Shown here in pieces: positions 56,201 through 64,000 of a DNA stretch of 64,000 bases. The notes below the pieces were generated by a model, which ran no database searches, was not told the origin of the DNA, and saw only the letters and a list, made by a program, of their open reading frames with translations. How positions within the stretch are numbered: the first letter of the stretch is position 1; every line of letters begins with the position of its first letter. Source of the DNA: the human T2T-CHM13v2.0 reference genome, Homo sapiens. Location: the NCBI RefSeq assembly GCF_009914755.1, contig NC_060942.1; one strand, written 5' to 3'. A program made the position numbers and the translations under genes.

Positions 56201-58485
56201 CTGTGGGGGAAAAAATTAAGTAGTTAGGATAGTTAACATTGATTTATAGATTTCTTTTCTCCCTTTCTCCAAGCAGGAAGATGGGCTTCTCTTTACTACC
56301 AAAAAAAGAAAAACAAAAGAAAGTATTATAGTAAACTCAGAAGTTATTTCAGGAGCAGGAACGAGTCAGATGGAATATACTTTTCATTGCTTCTTTATAT
56401 AAGGTGAAGAAGAAATATTTGCAACATAGACACAGATTTCTAACATTAATACTTGTACAAAGAACAAACGAAAATTAATTTAAAAAGGTGAACAATCAAA
56501 CAAAAAAGACAAGTATATATATAGTCAAACTTGTAATTGAGATAAAAATAAATACAAGTAGCCAATAAATATATGAGAAAGTATTACATGTCAGAGATAT
56601 GTCCATAAAACAATAATTACAAGAGAAATGTAGTGTGTCTTTAATTAAAAGGATAAATTGACATGCAAGAAAGCATGAGATTATGAAATGCTGTGTCTAA
56701 ATGATCTTGAGGGTAAATTTATAAAGAAGGAAACAAATCATTTTAAAAACACCTCAAAAAATCTTTTCACTGCCTTGAATTTATGATAATTTTCAGGAAA
56801 CTGCAGTTTAGATGTGAAACAAATATTATTTTCAGTTAAAAATTAATCTGTATTACATGCCTTCTCATTGACTTGCCATCCTGTTGACAACCAGTCTTGT
56901 TATTTTTTGTGCTGTTAATTGTACACTGGGCTGTAATTTATTACTCACATTTTGATTACTTGTAATACTTGTTATACATTTTATACTTAGTTTTTACCAG
57001 CTTCAAAGCATTTTTTGTAAATGAAAATAAAGATAAAAACTCTAAACAATTTTAAAATAATGAAAATTTTTTCATATTTTTTAATTAAGTAGCTTAAACA
57101 GTACAAAATATATTTTATGAATCTGTTAAGAAAATGTTAATGATTTATTGCTGTATGCAGAAGTTATTAACACTGATGTCCACAGTGCTTTACCATTTCT
57201 CATTAGTGCACAAAGAATGAATGCTAAGGCTCTGAGAAATAATGGATACACAACTAACATTAAGTTGAGGAAAGAGTGGTTTGGGAGAGAAAGCAAATAG
57301 GAATGAGAGTAGTCAAGAATTAAAATCTAAAATGGCTTCCTTCGAGGGGCTATTCACCTCCTCGTTTCCTTCATCTTTGTAAATGTACCAAATAGTTATA
57401 GACTTTTTAAAGAATGCAATAAATGGCATTATGAAGCATTGTGAACAGTTAGTTGGTGAATAGAGGGCTACTGGGGTGTTGTCAGATCATCAGTAAAAGG
57501 GTCTTGGAGAGTTTTATAGAATAGAGGCTCTCAAACACTGTTCTGGAATTCAGACCTGGATGGTGACATAATAAATACTAAGACAGTCCAAAAAACAAAG
57601 ATTTCTCAGACTTACTATCAAACATTTTGACTTGGCAAGTCTAAGCTGAGCCGGTGGATCTGTATTTTTAAAAATCTACCCAGGTTACTCTGACCTTTAG
57701 AATACTAACCTTGAAAGATGTTAAAACAATTTCTTTAAATACATGGTTGTTCAGATACTTTGCATGTTTTTCTTCTGAATTTATTTGACCGTAAGCCTTG
57801 TTCTCCAAACATTTCAACAAACTGCTATTTATGGGACACATTTTGAGAAATGCTATTCCACAAGATTAAAAGACATTTGCTGTGACTATGAGGTTTGGGA
57901 GAAACAGGTTTAAATGTAATAGAGATGGAAGAGTGTATGTATGGATACTGCTCTCTACATAGTATAAGGAAAGGAAACTCCAGGCAGAACATGAGCAATG
58001 AGAGAGAATGTGAAATAAATAAAGCCCAGAATGGGATTTTTGTCTGTGAGGCTGGCAAAATTACAGTTTGGGGTTAAAATTAGAATAAGTCATTCCTTCC
58101 AGAAGCAATTTCAAGAGGCAACCAATTGAAAAATTCTTCACCCATGTAATAGGCTCTACAGGGATGAATGGGAGTCTGTCCCTGTCCCCAGTGAGTTTGG
58201 GTGGAGTCTGACAGTGAGGGCAGGTGAACCCCATTGCAAAGAAGCAGTACTGCAAAGGCCTGTCAGAATCAGAAGGCAGAAGTGTCAATCATTGCCAGTG
58301 TGGTTGGTTAGAAAGTGGTTTAAGGGAGACCTAATGTCTAATCACATCAAAATTGCTAGTTTTGTGATGATACTATTACCATGAGGTGGTAACAAAAAGA
58401 GGGAGGGGACTGCAGATATACGTGCTAGAGATACAGTAGCTGTCAAGTTTTTCCAGAAGCTGTTCAAAGGAGATGGTCCTGCTCA

Positions 58486-59138
58486 AGATCCTTTTCAGAT
58501 AAGCAAATGCTGAGGGAGTTTATTACCACCAGACTTGCCTTCTAAGAGATCCTGAAAGGAGCGCTAAAGATGGAAAGGAAAGACTGGTACCAGCCAGTAC
58601 AAAAACACCCACACTTAAATACACTGACCAGTGACACTGTTAAACAAGCTGTCATAATAACCAGCTAACAACACAATGATAGGATCAAATCCACACATGT
58701 CAACACTAACCTTGAATGTAAATGAGCTAAATGCCCCATTTAAAAGGCAGAGTGGCAAGCTGGATAAAAAAGCAAGACTCAATGGAATGCTGTCTTCAAG
58801 AGACCCATCTCACATTCAGTGACACCCATAGGCTCAAAATAAAGGGATGGAGGAAAATCTACCAAGCAAATGGAAATCAGAAAAAGGCAGGAATTGCAAC
58901 CCTAATTTCAGACAAAACAGACTTTAAACCAACAAAGATCAAAAAAGACAAAGAAGAGCAATACATAATGGTAAAGGGTTCCATTCAACAAGAACACCTA
59001 CCTATCCTAAATATATATGCAGGAGCACACAGAGCACCCAGGAGAACACAGGAGCACCCAGATTCATAAAGCAAGTTCTTAGAAACCTACTAAGAGACTT
59101 TGACTCCCATGCAATAATAGTGACAGAACTCGACACTT
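58486..59138 (+). mobile_element. L1 (old L1PA/L1PB) internal fragment: ORF1 end, spacer, ORF2 endonuclease N-terminus
   Basis: ORF 58731-59069 contains CCLQETHL..HRLKIKGWRKIYQANGNQKKAG (L1 EN). Confidence 0.9.
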
Positions 59139-60108
59139 CATTTTCCTTTCATTCTCTTTGGTCTCTTCTCTCCTACCCTCTTCTCTCCTGTCCTTTGTTT
59201 TCTTTCCTCCTCCCTGCTTCCCCGACCCCACATTTTCTTTTTTTGTTTTACTTGCAAGAATTGTCTGGAATGACTAGAAGAAAATCCACAGGCTGCCACC
59301 TAGAGAAAAAAATTTCCCCACAATTTCTCACTCCTTAGCAATGATTTGTGCATTCACTAAACAGCCTATCTACCAGCTGAGCCTTTCACTATGCAACCTT
59401 TGTCTGTATTCCCACAATACTCTACGGAATCTCTTCTTATCCACAAATTTTATTATGATTCCAGTGTAGATGCATCTTCCCGAATAGATTTATTGTATCT
59501 TTAGAACAGGGATTGTATTCATTTACATTTTATTCCCAGTATAGTGCTTGGTACATAATATGTACTCAAAATTATGATTGATCTAAACTGGAATGGATGA
59601 ACAAATAAAATGATTAAAAGAAAGAATTCTGTGAAGACAGTTTACTCAGATTCTTAGACCAGGAATATTTGCTCACAATCAATTATCAATCACTTAATAT
59701 ATATCTGATAATGTTTGATTGAGCAGATAGATATGCCAGGTTTCCTACAGAGAGTCCTAAGTCACTGAATAAGGGATGACCACCCTAAGGTGTATCTGTA
59801 GCCCTTAAGTGTAAACCCAATTCAGTGTGAAAGTAAACTCCACAGAACAAGACTGGTTGAAAAGCCAGATGCCAATATAATATATATGTTTAAAACCATG
59901 AAGTATTCTTTTTGTACTACCGGGATTATTTAAATCTTCTTCTGAGTGTATCTCCTGCTGCTTTAGGACCTTATAACTGAAACAAGATGTGGCATAACCA
60001 GTAATCTACAGCAAATCAATAGTGAATTTACTGGAATTAATATTTATTGATAATACGTGCAAGGAGTACAGGTGAATGATTGAAAGATTGAGATAAAGGG
60101 AAAATCTG

Positions 60109-63784
<3,676 letters not shown>

Positions 63785-63787
<3 letters not shown>

Positions 63788-64000
63788 CATTCCATGCTCA
63801 TGGATAGGAAGAATCAATATCGTGAAAATGGCCATACTGCCCAAGGTAATTTATACATTCAGTGCCATCCCCATCAAGCTACCAGTGAGTTTCTTCACAG
63901 AATTGGAAAAAACTACTTTAAAGTTCATATGGAACCAAAAAAGAGCCCGCATTGCCAAGTCAATCCTTAAGCCAAAAGAACAAAGCTGGAGGCATCACAC
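63785..64000 (+). mobile_element. L1PA ORF2 segment in inverted orientation, running off the window end
   Basis: GAACATTCCATGCTCATGG...GAGGCATCACAC, homologous to 61547-61762(-). Confidence 0.93.

Overview
This window is AT-rich, CpG-depleted hominoid genomic DNA (human or great-ape-like, judged from AluY and an L1PA2-type element). It looks intronic or intergenic and is dominated by interspersed repeats: eight Alu or Alu-monomer copies, many nested L1 fragments from L1M to L1PA2, L2, MIR, MaLR/ERV LTRs (MLT1, MER4, MER41, MER57), a MER58 DNA transposon and simple repeats. I recognise no intact protein-coding gene; the long ORFs are L1 ORF2 remnants or repeat artefacts. I found no new gene system. 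The most interesting signals concern retrotransposition mechanics at 51-64 kb. (1) An L1PA2 insertion combines a twin-priming 5' inversion with a ~290 bp 3' transduction (own ATTAAA signal, second poly(A), TSD). (2) This L1PA2 and an older L1PA4-like copy 7 kb away share a patchwork of non-consensus variants, suggesting local gene conversion. (3) An overlapping inverted L1 duplicate at the window end shares a 1-bp insertion with its neighbour. Other notes are an intact GAS/STAT1 motif in a MER41 LTR, a CTCF motif, a 42-bp-arm hairpin, a 1-kb AT-rich minisatellite and a few candidate exons. Subfamily names and consensus comparisons come from memory and need RepeatMasker/Dfam confirmation. Boundaries of old repeats are approximate.
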